Of a stretch of 64,000 bases of DNA, positions 9,955-20,539 are shown one piece after another. A program made the translations under genes and the position numbers. Source of the stretch: a virus (taxonomy: Duplodnaviria > Caudoviricetes). The notes under the pieces were generated by a model that saw only the letters and a program-made list of their open reading frames with translations, ran no database searches and was not told the DNA's origin. Where the stretch lies: positions 224,001 to 288,000 of IMG/VR virus record IMGVR_UViG_3300038679_000051; one strand, 5' to 3'. Each line of letters begins with the position of its first letter. Position 1 is the first letter of the stretch.

Positions 9955-10803
9955 ATGTTAATCATACATCACAATGATCTTGATGGAAAATGTGCGGCAG
10001 CAATTGCATACCAAAAAGAAAAGGATCAACAGAAGAACATCCGTTTCTATGAAACGGATTATAAGATGCCACCACCGACTATAAAACCAAATGAGATAGT
10101 TTATATTGTGGATTTTAGTTATGACCCAACAAACATGAGTAAAATAACGAATAAGTCCAATAATGTTGTGTGGTGTGATCATCATAAAACTGCAAAGTCA
10201 TATGGCTATGACTTTGACGGTTTCCGTGATTTCTCGGAAAAGGGATTGGCCGGATGTGAATGTACATGGAAACATTGTTTTCCAGATAAGGACATTCCCC
10301 GTGCCGTGCGGGTATTGGGTAGTTATGATAGTTGGCGATTCAATGATGAGGATGAAGAAGAGACAAAGGCATTTTATGAAGGATTAAAATTACAGGACGT
10401 AGAACCAGACGGTGATTTTTGGCAGAAGTTGTTCAATGATGAGAAAATTTATGATGATATTTTGACTGATGGGAAGATTGCCATTAAATATCGGGATGCA
10501 TACTTGCGTGATTTATATAAAAACAATGCATATGAAGTAACGTTTGATGGTATCTCATGTTTGGCACTTAACGTACAAGGTTTTGGTAGTGCGGCATTTG
10601 GTGAAGATCTTGCAGATTACGATGCGTGCATTGCATATATATATGATGGCAATGAATATGCTGTGAGTTTATACTCTGAGAACGTAGACGTGGGTGAAAT
10701 GTGCAAGAAGCATGGTGGTGGGGGGCATAAGGGCGCTGCGGGATTTACTTGCAAGAAATTACCATGGCAAAATGAAGTTAGCGCAATTGCACAGGACATG
10801 TGA
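9955..10803 (+). CDS. DHH/DHHA1 phosphoesterase (NrnB-like)
   Basis: HHNDLDG, IVDFS, CDHH, D.W.F and GGGGHKGAAGF motifs; start at MLIIHH. Confidence 0.9.
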   Translation: MLIIHHNDLDGKCAAAIAYQKEKDQQKNIRFYETDYKMPPPTIKPNEIVYIVDFSYDPTNMSKITNKSNNVVWCDHHKTAKSYGYDFDGFRDFSEKGLAGCECTWKHCFPDKDIPRAVRVLGSYDSWRFNDEDEEETKAFYEGLKLQDVEPDGDFWQKLFNDEKIYDDILTDGKIAIKYRDAYLRDLYKNNAYEVTFDGISCLALNVQGFGSAAFGEDLADYDACIAYIYDGNEYAVSLYSENVDVGEMCKKHGGGGHKGAAGFTCKKLPWQNEVSAIAQDM

Positions 10804-10815
10804 ACCGAGGAAAAA

Positions 10816-11295
10816 ATGCACGAAGATAAATTGCACTATAAATGCGTGGTAGGAGAACCATGTGAGAAATGTGCGGAATTTTTAAAAATGCATGACATTG
10901 TATATTGGAACGCAACAGGAAGTGAAATATTGATACACGAAACGATCGATGAAGCAATCGAGGCGTTTGTAGATGATTTAGACGACATTGAAATTGAATT
11001 TTTTGGAGTTATGACGGTCGATGGGTATCAGCGGATGGATCATATTGGGGTGGTTTCACCTGAAGAAGTGCTTGATAGAACGATAGATTTGCTCGACGAA
11101 ACTTATGGCAATCCAGATGGAGCGACGGAATTGACGGATGCCATGCGGGATGCAGCAAGGAAATTTATAGACGTGATTGAGAAGGAATATAAGCCTTGGG
11201 CATGTGAACAAGTCTGTAAGGTTGACGTGAATGTATGTGAATGGAGAAAAGACCATCATGGCAAACATAATATAGAGAAGGAAGGTCCTAATTAA
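10816..11295 (+). CDS. acidic hypothetical protein
   Basis: 159-aa ORF with GAGG RBS. Confidence 0.6.
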   Translation: MHEDKLHYKCVVGEPCEKCAEFLKMHDIVYWNATGSEILIHETIDEAIEAFVDDLDDIEIEFFGVMTVDGYQRMDHIGVVSPEEVLDRTIDLLDETYGNPDGATELTDAMRDAARKFIDVIEKEYKPWACEQVCKVDVNVCEWRKDHHGKHNIEKEGPN

Positions 11296-11306
11296 GGAGA
11301 ATTATC

Positions 11307-11750
11307 ATGATTGAAAACACTAATGTTTGGTCGCTTTCTGTAGTGGCAACTGGGACGTCTAGTGGTCGTGTATGGAATCGCGGTTTTTGTGTGATGAAAG
11401 ATTTTGATGCGTCACCAAGATTCGTCGATCCGGTCACGTTTGAAGAACGCGATTACAGATTCGTAGATAGTAATCGTGCTGATTTCAGTGGTTTTAAGGT
11501 CATAGCATCGTTCCGGACGTTTCTGGCTGCATTAGGTTATGCCCCTGGTGCGTATAGGGACGTCGACATCAATGATCTGTCGTTCAGATTTAATGCAACC
11601 ACTACGAATGGTGGTACGATCAATGTGATTGGAACGAGTGATGCGATGACGCCGTTGTTTGAGAGCAACAATCAGGTCGTTGCGTTAGCAGATTTGCATT
11701 CCGATTATCATTTCAATGCATTGTTCACGCAAATTGCCAATTGGCTATAA
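11307..11750 (+). CDS. hypothetical, possible virion protein
   Basis: AGGAG RBS; beta-rich, low-Lys composition. Confidence 0.6.
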   Translation: MIENTNVWSLSVVATGTSSGRVWNRGFCVMKDFDASPRFVDPVTFEERDYRFVDSNRADFSGFKVIASFRTFLAALGYAPGAYRDVDINDLSFRFNATTTNGGTINVIGTSDAMTPLFESNNQVVALADLHSDYHFNALFTQIANWL

Positions 11751-11759
11751 GGAGACGTC

Positions 11760-12008
11760 ATGGCGACGATCAATACGGCAACGCTAATCCTGGTGCCAGT
11801 AGATGCTATTGGTAACGTAGTCAACAAAAATACGGCTACGATTGGCCAAATGGCTACTACCTCGTCTGAAATTAGGGTAAATCCAGACACCGATTTACCA
11901 AATACAATCGGATATCCAACGATAGCTGAATATTTAAATAGAGAGGCTGCTGATGGGATGTTGTTAGCGCATCTTGACCAAACATATGTCATTACGCAAA
12001 AGACATAA
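11760..12008 (+). CDS. small hypothetical, possible virion protein
   Basis: AGGAG RBS; Thr/Ala-rich 82 aa. Confidence 0.6.
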   Translation: MATINTATLILVPVDAIGNVVNKNTATIGQMATTSSEIRVNPDTDLPNTIGYPTIAEYLNREAADGMLLAHLDQTYVITQKT

Positions 12009-12023
12009 TTTACAAAATGAAGG

Positions 12024-12548
12024 GTGAGAATAAACGATTGCATGAAAATCGAAGAAAAAATTCGATTGAAATTATTAAAGGTCGCTTGTGAATCACAGCA
12101 ACCATCTGAAGGCGTATGGTATCTAATCTATTTAAAACCGAATTGGATCATTCGTGCTTATAAGGACATAGATTATCCAAACGTTGATCATGTCAAAGTG
12201 TGGAGTAGAGACGTTTCCCATATCGTTGCTGAGCATTATAAAACGTCGCAGAAGGAAATTGAAATGCATCCATATGCATTTCCACGTGGTAGAGTAGTAA
12301 ATATAAATCCCTCCAGAAAGGGTGTTCCAACTAGAGCCGAAATGTATGGTGATAAATGGGCTATGTATTTTGGCGATGATCTACCTGGCGGTGCCGCGAA
12401 GTGGAAGGCTAAGATCTTAAATGAGTTCGACCTTTCATGGACGATTGGTCGGATTGAATGGAGATATGATGATCATGAGATTCGACAGGATGAGGACGTA
12501 CGTTCTTTGTCCGTCGCGATTGGCGTAGATCTATACCGAGTGCGATAG
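12024..12548 (+). CDS. hypothetical, H...PRGR paralog family member
   Basis: HVKVW...AFPRGRV...FGDDLP shared with ORFs at 55765, 56993, 58003. Confidence 0.65.
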   Translation: MRINDCMKIEEKIRLKLLKVACESQQPSEGVWYLIYLKPNWIIRAYKDIDYPNVDHVKVWSRDVSHIVAEHYKTSQKEIEMHPYAFPRGRVVNINPSRKGVPTRAEMYGDKWAMYFGDDLPGGAAKWKAKILNEFDLSWTIGRIEWRYDDHEIRQDEDVRSLSVAIGVDLYRVR

Positions 12549-12640
12549 ACAATCTATTTCTTAATTTCCTGTCGAGGATGCGCAATCTATCCGGTCTCAT
12601 ATTTCCTCCGCAAACATATTTTTGGTAAGGAGGATTACAA

Positions 12641-13123
12641 ATGCCACATCCTAGTTATGCACCGGTTGCACCATATTGGACTATGGTGCAGTTCAAAGTC
12701 TTTGCCAATCTAGTCCCATTAGAGGGCAAACGATGGGAGACTATTCGCGACATGGAACGTGTCGCGAATGAGGTAGAAGCAGCGATAATTGCTGGACTAC
12801 CGACGATTAACATTGCGACGCCGATTGCTTTTACGCCGCAATTTGGAAGTAAAACAGCCAGGATCACCATCGTGGGCACGGTACGTGAAGATGATCCATT
12901 GCGTGCAGATAGAACGAATGCCACGTTTGATCATGATAATGCGATCATGTCTGGTCAGATTGGTGGTCCAAACATGGCACGAACGGATCCTCTTGTAGAT
13001 GCTGCCGTCAAAAGGTTGAAATCATTATTGGAAGGTTCATCGTCTCATTTATTGAATCACATTTATCGCATCGAATATGCCGGTTGCGTTTATGGAGAAG
13101 GTGGACGCCATTTCCCACTGTAA
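12641..13123 (+). CDS. hypothetical, possible virion protein
   Basis: AGGAGG RBS, CAAACATA motif upstream. Confidence 0.65.
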   Translation: MPHPSYAPVAPYWTMVQFKVFANLVPLEGKRWETIRDMERVANEVEAAIIAGLPTINIATPIAFTPQFGSKTARITIVGTVREDDPLRADRTNATFDHDNAIMSGQIGGPNMARTDPLVDAAVKRLKSLLEGSSSHLLNHIYRIEYAGCVYGEGGRHFPL

Positions 13124-13925
13124 TGGAGAACTAACATCGTTCCGGCACCATTGAAGTCTAAAGCAAAATGCTTTTGACTAGAAAGCAAGGGCAAAATGGA
13201 AGGCGTAGACGACGTCAAAAAGAGAATAACTGATATGTTTGCGGGTTTGGCGGGAGGGGCCAAAGAAGCCGGTCTTAATAAGGCCATGGAATACGCCAAG
13301 AGAATAATGAGTGGCGAACCAAAGGAAAAAGTTCTTGAAGGTATCGGTCCGGTGTTTCGTAAGAGCGTCGACCAGGCCATCAATCAATTAACTGCTGCTC
13401 AAAAATCACAACCGCAGGCTAAAGCGCAACCACAAAAATTAACTTCTCAACAAATTTTTGATTGGGCAAAAGGGGGCGATAAACGGTTGCAGATTGCCGT
13501 CGCTAGGATTGTTTCCGGTGATGATCGGAATCAGATCAAGACGTTACATAATGCGATCGCTGGCGATGAACAGTCGAGAAAATGGTTGACTGATTATGTA
13601 AGTGCGATGGGTGAAAGTCCTCAAAAATCAGCCATACCAATTCGTAAGGAAGGTTTGACATTCGCTGAACGAATTAGACTGGTGCTCGAAGAATTAGAAT
13701 AAAATTGCATCAAAATCTGATCGTAAACATAATGAAATTATCATTGCTTTTCGAAACCCCGGATGTTGAACCATTTGGGTCGTTCACATGTCTTGACAAC
13801 GAATATCCATATTGGGGTAATCCACGCGGTAGAGATAACAATGGAATATGACAAGGGTAAATTTAATCGATATGCCAAATTGGGAATGCATGCGACGGAT
13901 CCTCTTGTGGATGCTGCCGTCAAAA
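12983..13925 (+). repeat. 31-bp direct repeat pair (12983-13013 and 13895-13925)
   Basis: ACGGATCCTCTTGT(A/G)GATGCTGCCGTCAAAA, 30/31 identical, both reading [10 protein letters not shown]. Confidence 0.85.
13196..13702 (+). CDS. hypothetical helical protein
   Basis: 168-aa Ala/Lys/Gln-rich ORF. Confidence 0.6.
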   Translation: MEGVDDVKKRITDMFAGLAGGAKEAGLNKAMEYAKRIMSGEPKEKVLEGIGPVFRKSVDQAINQLTAAQKSQPQAKAQPQKLTSQQIFDWAKGGDKRLQIAVARIVSGDDRNQIKTLHNAIAGDEQSRKWLTDYVSAMGESPQKSAIPIRKEGLTFAERIRLVLEELE

Positions 13926-13939
13926 AGATAAATAGAATT

Positions 13940-14962
13940 ATGAACCTCACAAAAACGGCTTTCCTCACTGGTATTACTGGTCAAGATGGCGCATATTTAG
14001 CAGAATTTCTATTAGCGAAGGGATATTGTGTCCATGGTCTGATCCGACGTACCAGTAGTTTCTCTACGGGACGTATTGACCATCTTTATCATGATCCACG
14101 ATTGAAATTACATCATGGTGATTTATCTGATGGCAATAGTTTGGCGAGTTTATTGCATGAAATTCGACCACAGGAAATTTATAATTTAGGTGCACAGTCA
14201 CATGTAGCTGTTTCTTTTCAAAATCCAGTTTATTCGGCCGATGTGGACGGGTTGGGCGTTTTGCGTCTGCTGGAGGCGATTCGTGCACTGAATTTTCCTG
14301 TCCGTTTTTATCAAGCTTCATCTAGTGAAATGTTTGGTTCTACGCCACCTCCACAGAATGAAAATACGCCGTTTCATCCGCGCAGCCCATATGCCTGTGC
14401 TAAAGTGTACGGTTATTGGCAGACCATCAATTATCGGGAGGCATATTCTCTATTTGCTTGTAACGGAATTTTGTTTAATCATGAGTCGCCGCGTCGCGGT
14501 GAAACGTTCGTCACGCGCAAAATCACTCGTGCAGCTTCTCGCATTAAATTAGGATTACAAGAGAAATTGTTTTTGGGTAATTTGGATGCTAGGCGTGATT
14601 GGGGCTTTGCTGGAGATTATGTTGAGGCAATGTGGTTGATGTTACAGCAAGATAAACCCGACGACTATGTCGTTGCTACGGGCGAAACATATTCGGTTCG
14701 GGAATTTCTTGATGAGGTCTTCGGGCAATTGCAATTGGATTGGCGTCGTTTCGTTGAACAAGATGCCCGATATATGCGTCCTAGCGAAGTAGACAATTTA
14801 TGTGGTGATGCGACCAAAGCACGCACGCAGTTGGAGTGGACGCCAAAAATAACTTTTAAAGCTTTAGCAAAAATGATGTTGGATGCTGACATGCAGTTGG
14901 CACAGAAAGAAAAAATCATAAGTTTGAGTGGAGAAACAAATGAAGTTAAATATGTTACATAG
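13940..14962 (+). CDS. gmd: GDP-mannose 4,6-dehydratase
   Basis: [17 protein letters not shown]-type Rossmann start, [47 protein letters not shown]; start may lie upstream (13886). Confidence 0.97.
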   Translation: MNLTKTAFLTGITGQDGAYLAEFLLAKGYCVHGLIRRTSSFSTGRIDHLYHDPRLKLHHGDLSDGNSLASLLHEIRPQEIYNLGAQSHVAVSFQNPVYSADVDGLGVLRLLEAIRALNFPVRFYQASSSEMFGSTPPPQNENTPFHPRSPYACAKVYGYWQTINYREAYSLFACNGILFNHESPRRGETFVTRKITRAASRIKLGLQEKLFLGNLDARRDWGFAGDYVEAMWLMLQQDKPDDYVVATGETYSVREFLDEVFGQLQLDWRRFVEQDARYMRPSEVDNLCGDATKARTQLEWTPKITFKALAKMMLDADMQLAQKEKIISLSGETNEVKYVT

Positions 14963-15644
14963 AAAACCAAAAATGTTACGCCTATTTCATGGTGTGTCAG
15001 GAGACAGTCAAGAAGATGTTGTGGGAAGGACTAAATATCTTGCTTTCAATGGATTTGATGAAAGGGGCGCATATTTTACGCAGAGCATTGGAATAGCTTT
15101 GTCATATAATCGTATGAAGGATTTCTCAAATTTAAAAATGCTTAATGGTGTAATTGAAACAATAATTAATGATTTACAACAGTGCTCAATTGATGGGGAC
15201 GCAATTTCTACGCATCTTGCGTATACACCAAACCATAAGGACGTTACATGGAGAGAATATTTTGATGAACATTGGCCCAACACAAATGATGAATTGAGAA
15301 TGAAGTTTGCTTTGCTTTCTTTCTTGCATACACAATGGGCGGAAAATGATGAAGATCCTATGGGCGATGAGAAATATATTGAGATTTTTGGTGACATCAA
15401 CCCATATGATGCTGCTCAAAAAGTTGCTGATGAATTGACGAAATATAGTGGATGCATCATTGGTGATCAAGATACGTCAAGAGGCAACGTTAAAATAAAT
15501 AGACGAATCCATCCGAATGAAATAATTGGCGCATATTTGTTTGACTGTGATGATAATTGGATGTGTGTTTGCGTTAAAGTTATAAAGGGCCATAACATCA
15601 AAGTTGGTGATAAATTTAAGATGGTGGGTAGGACGGTCTCGTAA
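14940..15644 (+). CDS. putative ADP-ribosyltransferase-fold protein
   Basis: LFHGVS...[14 protein letters not shown] and late [12 protein letters not shown] resemble H-Y type ART strands; no catalytic Glu identified with certainty. Confidence 0.4.
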   Translation: MKLNMLHRKPKMLRLFHGVSGDSQEDVVGRTKYLAFNGFDERGAYFTQSIGIALSYNRMKDFSNLKMLNGVIETIINDLQQCSIDGDAISTHLAYTPNHKDVTWREYFDEHWPNTNDELRMKFALLSFLHTQWAENDEDPMGDEKYIEIFGDINPYDAAQKVADELTKYSGCIIGDQDTSRGNVKINRRIHPNEIIGAYLFDCDDNWMCVCVKVIKGHNIKVGDKFKMVGRTVS

Positions 15645-15675
15645 TTGGACGTCACTTTCCGCCGCGTCATTGCGA

Positions 15676-17010
15676 TCAATATTTATAAATAAATCGCAAT
15701 TTTTCTTTTCCCATAACTTTCTCATATTTTATTGAATTTGCGTATTCTTGTTCTTTCATGCCCATTTTAACAGCATGGTCCCACAATGTCTTCTTATGTA
15801 TTACATACCCATCTTTACCGACATACCAATAATCGGGTTTGACAGTTCCGTCTAATTGCCAATTTGAAGCTTTATAAATCGTTCCTGTATGATTGTGTGA
15901 TGTATCTGCGAATGTGATTAAATATTTTAAAGCTGGAAGTTCTGCTTCTATCATTTTCATGCATCTTGATATGAACCATGTAGCAAAATTCTTTTTTTGA
16001 TAGGCTGGATGAATGCAGAATCTTGATAATTCGCGTATTTCTGCCGTTTTTATACCAAGTTTATCAGCGGATTCTTTTCTAGTGATTGTAGAAAAAGCGC
16101 ATACGGCAATTAGATCATTACCTAATTTAACTCCATATCTAATGGAATTCTTACCAATCCTACCAAAGTAGTGATATTTTGCGACAAATTTCCTAGCTTC
16201 ATCATCAGTAATGTGAATGATTTCGACGTCGTCAAATGAGAAATCAATTGGGTTCCAGCCTGATCCAGTCCAATATTTAATCAAATCGACGATCCTGTCC
16301 TTGCAATGAAATTCATGCTCCCAAATGTGTTTTAATTTTAGATGTGGGAAATAACGTTCAAGATATGTGGCTTTTGCTTGATCATTTATCTTCGCCTTAT
16401 CCTTTTTGTGCCAATACTCGCCTTGGCATTCTATGATGAGGTTGTGATCTGGTAAGATGCAATCATAAGTCCAGAACCCAATGATTTTTTCAATTTCATA
16501 TTTAATCTTCAAATCATCTAAAATTGAATATAAAATCAATTGTATTGATGATGGCTTTCCTAATTGGTCATTTGCTAAATATGCCATCTTTTCTTTTACA
16601 GTATCATATTTCCCGATCATCTTTTTCACATATGATTGATCTTGCCATAGTTCTTTCATTCGTCGTTGTATTTTGTTCGATCTCAATAATGATGCTTCTC
16701 TAAAAGATCTCCCTTTAATGTTATATTGTTTAAAAGACTTGTTAATCGTTGCGATGGATACTCCGGCTTTTTTGGCTAATTCAGGTTTTGACATCCTTTT
16801 GTCATAATAATTAATTTTAAACCATTCTTCGGTTAAGAAATCAGGTAATCTTGGTTTGATTGGAATGCCAAATTTTTTTAATCTTCTATAAAGAAATTGA
16901 TCGTTGACGTTAAACTTTTTGACTATTTCTGAATATGGTGTCGTAGCATATAACTTTTCAAGACCTTCTTTCGTGTCAAATTCTGGTCCCATTATTTTGA
17001 AAAATTTCAT
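15676..17010 (-). CDS. HTH repeats + Vsr/DUF559-like endonuclease + Mom-like GNAT DNA-modification domain fusion
   Basis: TYDCILPDHNLIIECQGEYWH...DQAK nuclease motif; KYHY...ELSRFCIHP...WFISR...LITFAD..H.GTIYKASNW Mom-family motifs. Confidence 0.8.
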   Translation of the reverse strand: MKFFKIMGPEFDTKEGLEKLYATTPYSEIVKKFNVNDQFLYRRLKKFGIPIKPRLPDFLTEEWFKINYYDKRMSKPELAKKAGVSIATINKSFKQYNIKGRSFREASLLRSNKIQRRMKELWQDQSYVKKMIGKYDTVKEKMAYLANDQLGKPSSIQLILYSILDDLKIKYEIEKIIGFWTYDCILPDHNLIIECQGEYWHKKDKAKINDQAKATYLERYFPHLKLKHIWEHEFHCKDRIVDLIKYWTGSGWNPIDFSFDDVEIIHITDDEARKFVAKYHYFGRIGKNSIRYGVKLGNDLIAVCAFSTITRKESADKLGIKTAEIRELSRFCIHPAYQKKNFATWFISRCMKMIEAELPALKYLITFADTSHNHTGTIYKASNWQLDGTVKPDYWYVGKDGYVIHKKTLWDHAVKMGMKEQEYANSIKYEKVMGKEKLRFIYKY

Positions 17011-17087
17011 GTGATCTCCTATTTGATGCCTAAATAAACTAAATACTTCATTTACTTCACTGACATTATATTTTAGTCAAATTTTTT

Positions 17088-17510
17088 ATGGAGGTGGTAA
17101 CAATGGAAGACACTCAAATAGAAATAGCATTAAAAATTGAAATCAGAGAGGGTGGGACCATATTAATCCCGGGATGTGAGCCAATTTCGGAGTTAACTAG
17201 TCCATTGTTTGCACAACGATTAGATTGTAGTGCCAGTGAGATATCGGCAAAACAGGCGATGAAATTGATTCCGGGATCTTACATTTACGTCAATCCATTC
17301 TCACCCAGTAAGAGATTTCTGGTTCTACCAAGTGGCCCACCACCATATGGTAATGATTGTCCGAGAAGAAGATGTGACGATTGGTATTCATATCTGCGTG
17401 AGACGGTTACGCCGACGCCTGATGAGACGCCGCTTCAATGTAATTCGGCGGCATTCGATTTTTCATGGTGTAAAGACATAGACAAAGAAGCAGCGGCAAT
17501 GGCAAAATAA
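17088..17510 (+). CDS. hypothetical protein
   Basis: 140-aa ORF; no motif recognised. Confidence 0.5.
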   Translation: MEVVTMEDTQIEIALKIEIREGGTILIPGCEPISELTSPLFAQRLDCSASEISAKQAMKLIPGSYIYVNPFSPSKRFLVLPSGPPPYGNDCPRRRCDDWYSYLRETVTPTPDETPLQCNSAAFDFSWCKDIDKEAAAMAK

Positions 17511-17547
17511 TTATGAGCATTATGGTCACAAAAATAATTGGGAGACG

Positions 17548-18144
17548 ATGATGCAACCAAATCCGCAACACACGCCATTAAATAAGACGGCAATAGACCG
17601 TCAAACTGATTTTCGCAATGACACCGAAAAGGAGAGCAGTCCTCTATCGGTATACCAAGACAATGCTGATGGCGGCATTGCTGAAAACATTGCAGAAGAA
17701 TTCATAAACATTTCCGGTGCGTGGGTCATTATCAAGGTACGTACAAACCACGATGGATATGATGATGTTTGGGATGAGGACGTAGATCCGACATATAAGA
17801 ATGGTTTCAAAACTAAGGCATACTTCAAGACGGAACCATTACAGACGGAATTGACTAAGTGGGGTGTCGACGTTCCAAATAAAACGACCATTACGTTTCC
17901 GCGTGCGAAGATTTATCACCAATTCGGGAATAGAATGTTGCGGGCTGGCGATCTCATAGACGTGCCATATGGTGCGATCATCAACGTGCCGAAACAATTG
18001 GTAGATACGTCGGCTTTACATTTGGTTCAATATCGAGTATTGAACACCTACGAGACTGGGAATTTCAAATATCGATGGTTGTATTTGAATTGTGATGCTG
18101 AGGTAATAACTGGCGACATGACTGTACGCAAAGATACTTTCTAA
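17548..18144 (+). CDS. neck/head-completion protein, T4 gp14-like
   Basis: EEFINISG...DDVWDED...KAYF...LTKWG...AGDLI pattern. Confidence 0.7.
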   Translation: MMQPNPQHTPLNKTAIDRQTDFRNDTEKESSPLSVYQDNADGGIAENIAEEFINISGAWVIIKVRTNHDGYDDVWDEDVDPTYKNGFKTKAYFKTEPLQTELTKWGVDVPNKTTITFPRAKIYHQFGNRMLRAGDLIDVPYGAIINVPKQLVDTSALHLVQYRVLNTYETGNFKYRWLYLNCDAEVITGDMTVRKDTF

Positions 18145-18344
18145 GTATTTAAACAGATGGAGAGTGATATGCCATATCAGCGTTGAAGAAGAAATGGCGT
18201 GATCCAATTTATAGACATAAAATTTCGTCTATTAAACATGATTCAGACCGTACGTAAGGACAATTTCTAAACATGTAATTAATATCATCATTTAAATATA
18301 AAATATGATTCATTTTAATGGCTCATTTTTAAAGGAGAAATACG

Positions 18345-18908
18345 ATGAGAATAAATTCGATGGTTGGTCGATTTGCTGGCACAATTACGTTCACTGATGG
18401 GACCATTGAAGTCTTTCACACACAAGGTGAATGGGACGTCAACGGCATAAGTCGGGCCTGGAGTATTGATGAAAACGAATCTAAAGAAGCATTGAAACAA
18501 GTAAATTGGCATTTAAATCCGAATTATCCACCAGATGGACCACAATATCCATATAAAACTGGGGTTGATTTATTTAACATTATGAATGGTTTGTTTCCAT
18601 TTGCTGGATGTGTTTGGGCCAATACACATCCAGCTGCGCAAAAAATTATTTCTGACATGACTTCTCGTTTGGATTTGACATTGGCGCGTGACGACAATAA
18701 AACTTATCAAGTTGCTGCCGTCATATATAAATTTCCGAACGTCATTTTGGAAGGGTTGCCTTTTGCGACGCATCCACCACAATCATTGGTGTCGGTGTCA
18801 TCGGTTGCTGATAGAAGTTCCATGACGGATGCCACCAATCTTGCTGCTGTTAAAGTATTGATTCGTACTGCTTTTAACGTCATCATGGAGACCGTTACGG
18901 TTTCATAA
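18345..18908 (+). CDS. hypothetical, possible virion protein
   Basis: AAGGAG RBS, TAAATATA upstream. Confidence 0.6.
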   Translation: MRINSMVGRFAGTITFTDGTIEVFHTQGEWDVNGISRAWSIDENESKEALKQVNWHLNPNYPPDGPQYPYKTGVDLFNIMNGLFPFAGCVWANTHPAAQKIISDMTSRLDLTLARDDNKTYQVAAVIYKFPNVILEGLPFATHPPQSLVSVSSVADRSSMTDATNLAAVKVLIRTAFNVIMETVTVS

Positions 18909-20462
18909 TTTTGCTAAATATCCTTCTGGGTGACCAGACAAATCTTTGATTCCACCATTTTCAACGATTGATTTGAATTGTTCACGGAACACGAAGTATA
19001 GACGAATGACGCCGGATGGTTGTTCTTTCCAATCTTCAATTTTTAACACATCATCTGCTAATTCCTGTGTGATTTTCGCGCCAGCACCAACCGATACTGT
19101 TTGCATCACTGAGACGTCGTTGCCGACTGCCTCGCCGTCATATGACATCGTATATACATCACAGACACTGATGTTGCGAGCACCAATAGGCCCTGTGCAT
19201 CCTGTCGTATATACATCACAGACACTGATGTTGCGAGCACCAATAGGCCCTGTGCATCCTGTTGGACCCGATGGACCCGATGGACCAAAAAACGAACGTT
19301 CGATGTTGTTCTGTCTACGTGTCTTTGGTTCGAAGAAAGCAAAACCAAATGCTGGAACAGTGTTGTGTTTACTAATGATGAGAGAGGCTATGTCCTTCTG
19401 TTCGTCTTTAGTGAAGAAGAATTGTCGCACCACACCGTTTGGCAATCTAAAACCATCAAGCCATAAATTGTCTGGATGAGCAACATATGATTTTGATGGC
19501 CATTTGTGACCACATTCCTCACACAATCTACCCTCTTTGAATTTCGTCTTATGGACTGGACATTCATTTTTATATTGTTCCAATTCTAGTTTTTCAAATT
19601 TTTGGCCGGTAATTGGATTCATGCCCTTGATACTGGGGAGAACGGCGACGTTTAGGGCATCATTCTCAGTCCAATCAAACCATAAACCAAAATCAGGATC
19701 GACTGGACAGACATAACAACCTTCACCGCGCATCCATTCTTGTGGACAACCTGGCAGAGCGTCAACTGGAAACACTGGGACTGGTGCTCCTGGTGGTAAA
19801 GCATTGCTTTCATTGTCGGTCAACAATGGTGCTCGCATCAACCTAGCCGTGAAATTGCCGACTTTCATCTTTCTGACATAACCGGATTTGGCTATAGGAA
19901 CGGCGTAATTAATGCCGTTTCTTTCACGAATGCGCGTGATCTGGTCGTTGATCATTTGTACGCTGTTGGCATAATTGTTGGTATCCACGCCGTAGATCAT
20001 ACCAAACCCCAATTTAGAGGCCATTTGCATTGCTCGTTGTCTAGTCGTAGTATTTGCAGCAATCATATATAGAAATTCCCAACCGATGACTTCCTTCTCC
20101 CCCATCAATTTTGCCAATTCATCGGACGTGATTTTGCTCTCGTTTTCCTCACCGTCAGTGAATGCGGCAATAATTATGTGGTCGGCTTTGCTCTTCTCAA
20201 CATGTCTAACGGCGTACGCTACGGCATCCAGCAACGCCGTGCCGCCGTTAGCTTGAAACGTTTGTAAACGTTCCATTTTCGACAAATTCACCCCATCAAT
20301 GACGATTTCTGATTTGTTGCTAAACGTTATGACGTTTACGGTGCAGTCATCGTTGATCTTACGTTGTTCTTCAATCAATTTGTTGATCGAAGCGATTGCC
20401 GTTTCCATTAGACATTGCATCGATCCACTACGATCAATTATCAACGTTAATTCTGTGGACAT
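18903..20462 (-). CDS. vWA domain protein fused to an uncharacterised C-terminal domain
   Basis: MIDAS motif IIDRSGSM, GGTALLDA, FTDGEEN; C-terminal LPPG..P.FP...LW.D...WLDG...VRQF domain. Confidence 0.8.
   Translation of the reverse strand: MSTELTLIIDRSGSMQCLMETAIASINKLIEEQRKINDDCTVNVITFSNKSEIVIDGVNLSKMERLQTFQANGGTALLDAVAYAVRHVEKSKADHIIIAAFTDGEENESKITSDELAKLMGEKEVIGWEFLYMIAANTTTRQRAMQMASKLGFGMIYGVDTNNYANSVQMINDQITRIRERNGINYAVPIAKSGYVRKMKVGNFTARLMRAPLLTDNESNALPPGAPVPVFPVDALPGCPQEWMRGEGCYVCPVDPDFGLWFDWTENDALNVAVLPSIKGMNPITGQKFEKLELEQYKNECPVHKTKFKEGRLCEECGHKWPSKSYVAHPDNLWLDGFRLPNGVVRQFFFTKDEQKDIASLIISKHNTVPAFGFAFFEPKTRRQNNIERSFFGPSGPSGPTGCTGPIGARNISVCDVYTTGCTGPIGARNISVCDVYTMSYDGEAVGNDVSVMQTVSVGAGAKITQELADDVLKIEDWKEQPSGVIRLYFVFREQFKSIVENGGIKDLSGHPEGYLAKL
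19148..19261. repeat. perfect 57-bp tandem duplication (19 codons)
   Basis: TCGTATATACATCACAGACACTGATGTTGCGAGCACCAATAGGCCCTGTGCATCCTG x2, in frame in the vWA gene. Confidence 0.95.
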
Positions 20463-20471
20463 GTCGTTTCT

Positions 20472-20539
20472 CCTTTATCCTTTATCCCTTTGTCCTTTAT
20501 CCCTTTGTCCCTTTGTCCCTTTGTCCTTCCTCCCTTTAT
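20472..20539 (-). repeat. array of about nine 7-8 bp Shine-Dalgarno-like units
   Basis: minus strand A(C/T)AAAGG(G) units fill the whole intergenic gap upstream of the vWA gene. Confidence 0.85.

Noticed and set aside
20472-20539. CRISPR array
   Set aside because: Units are 7-8 bp with no spacers; no repeat-spacer array or cas gene seen anywhere in the window
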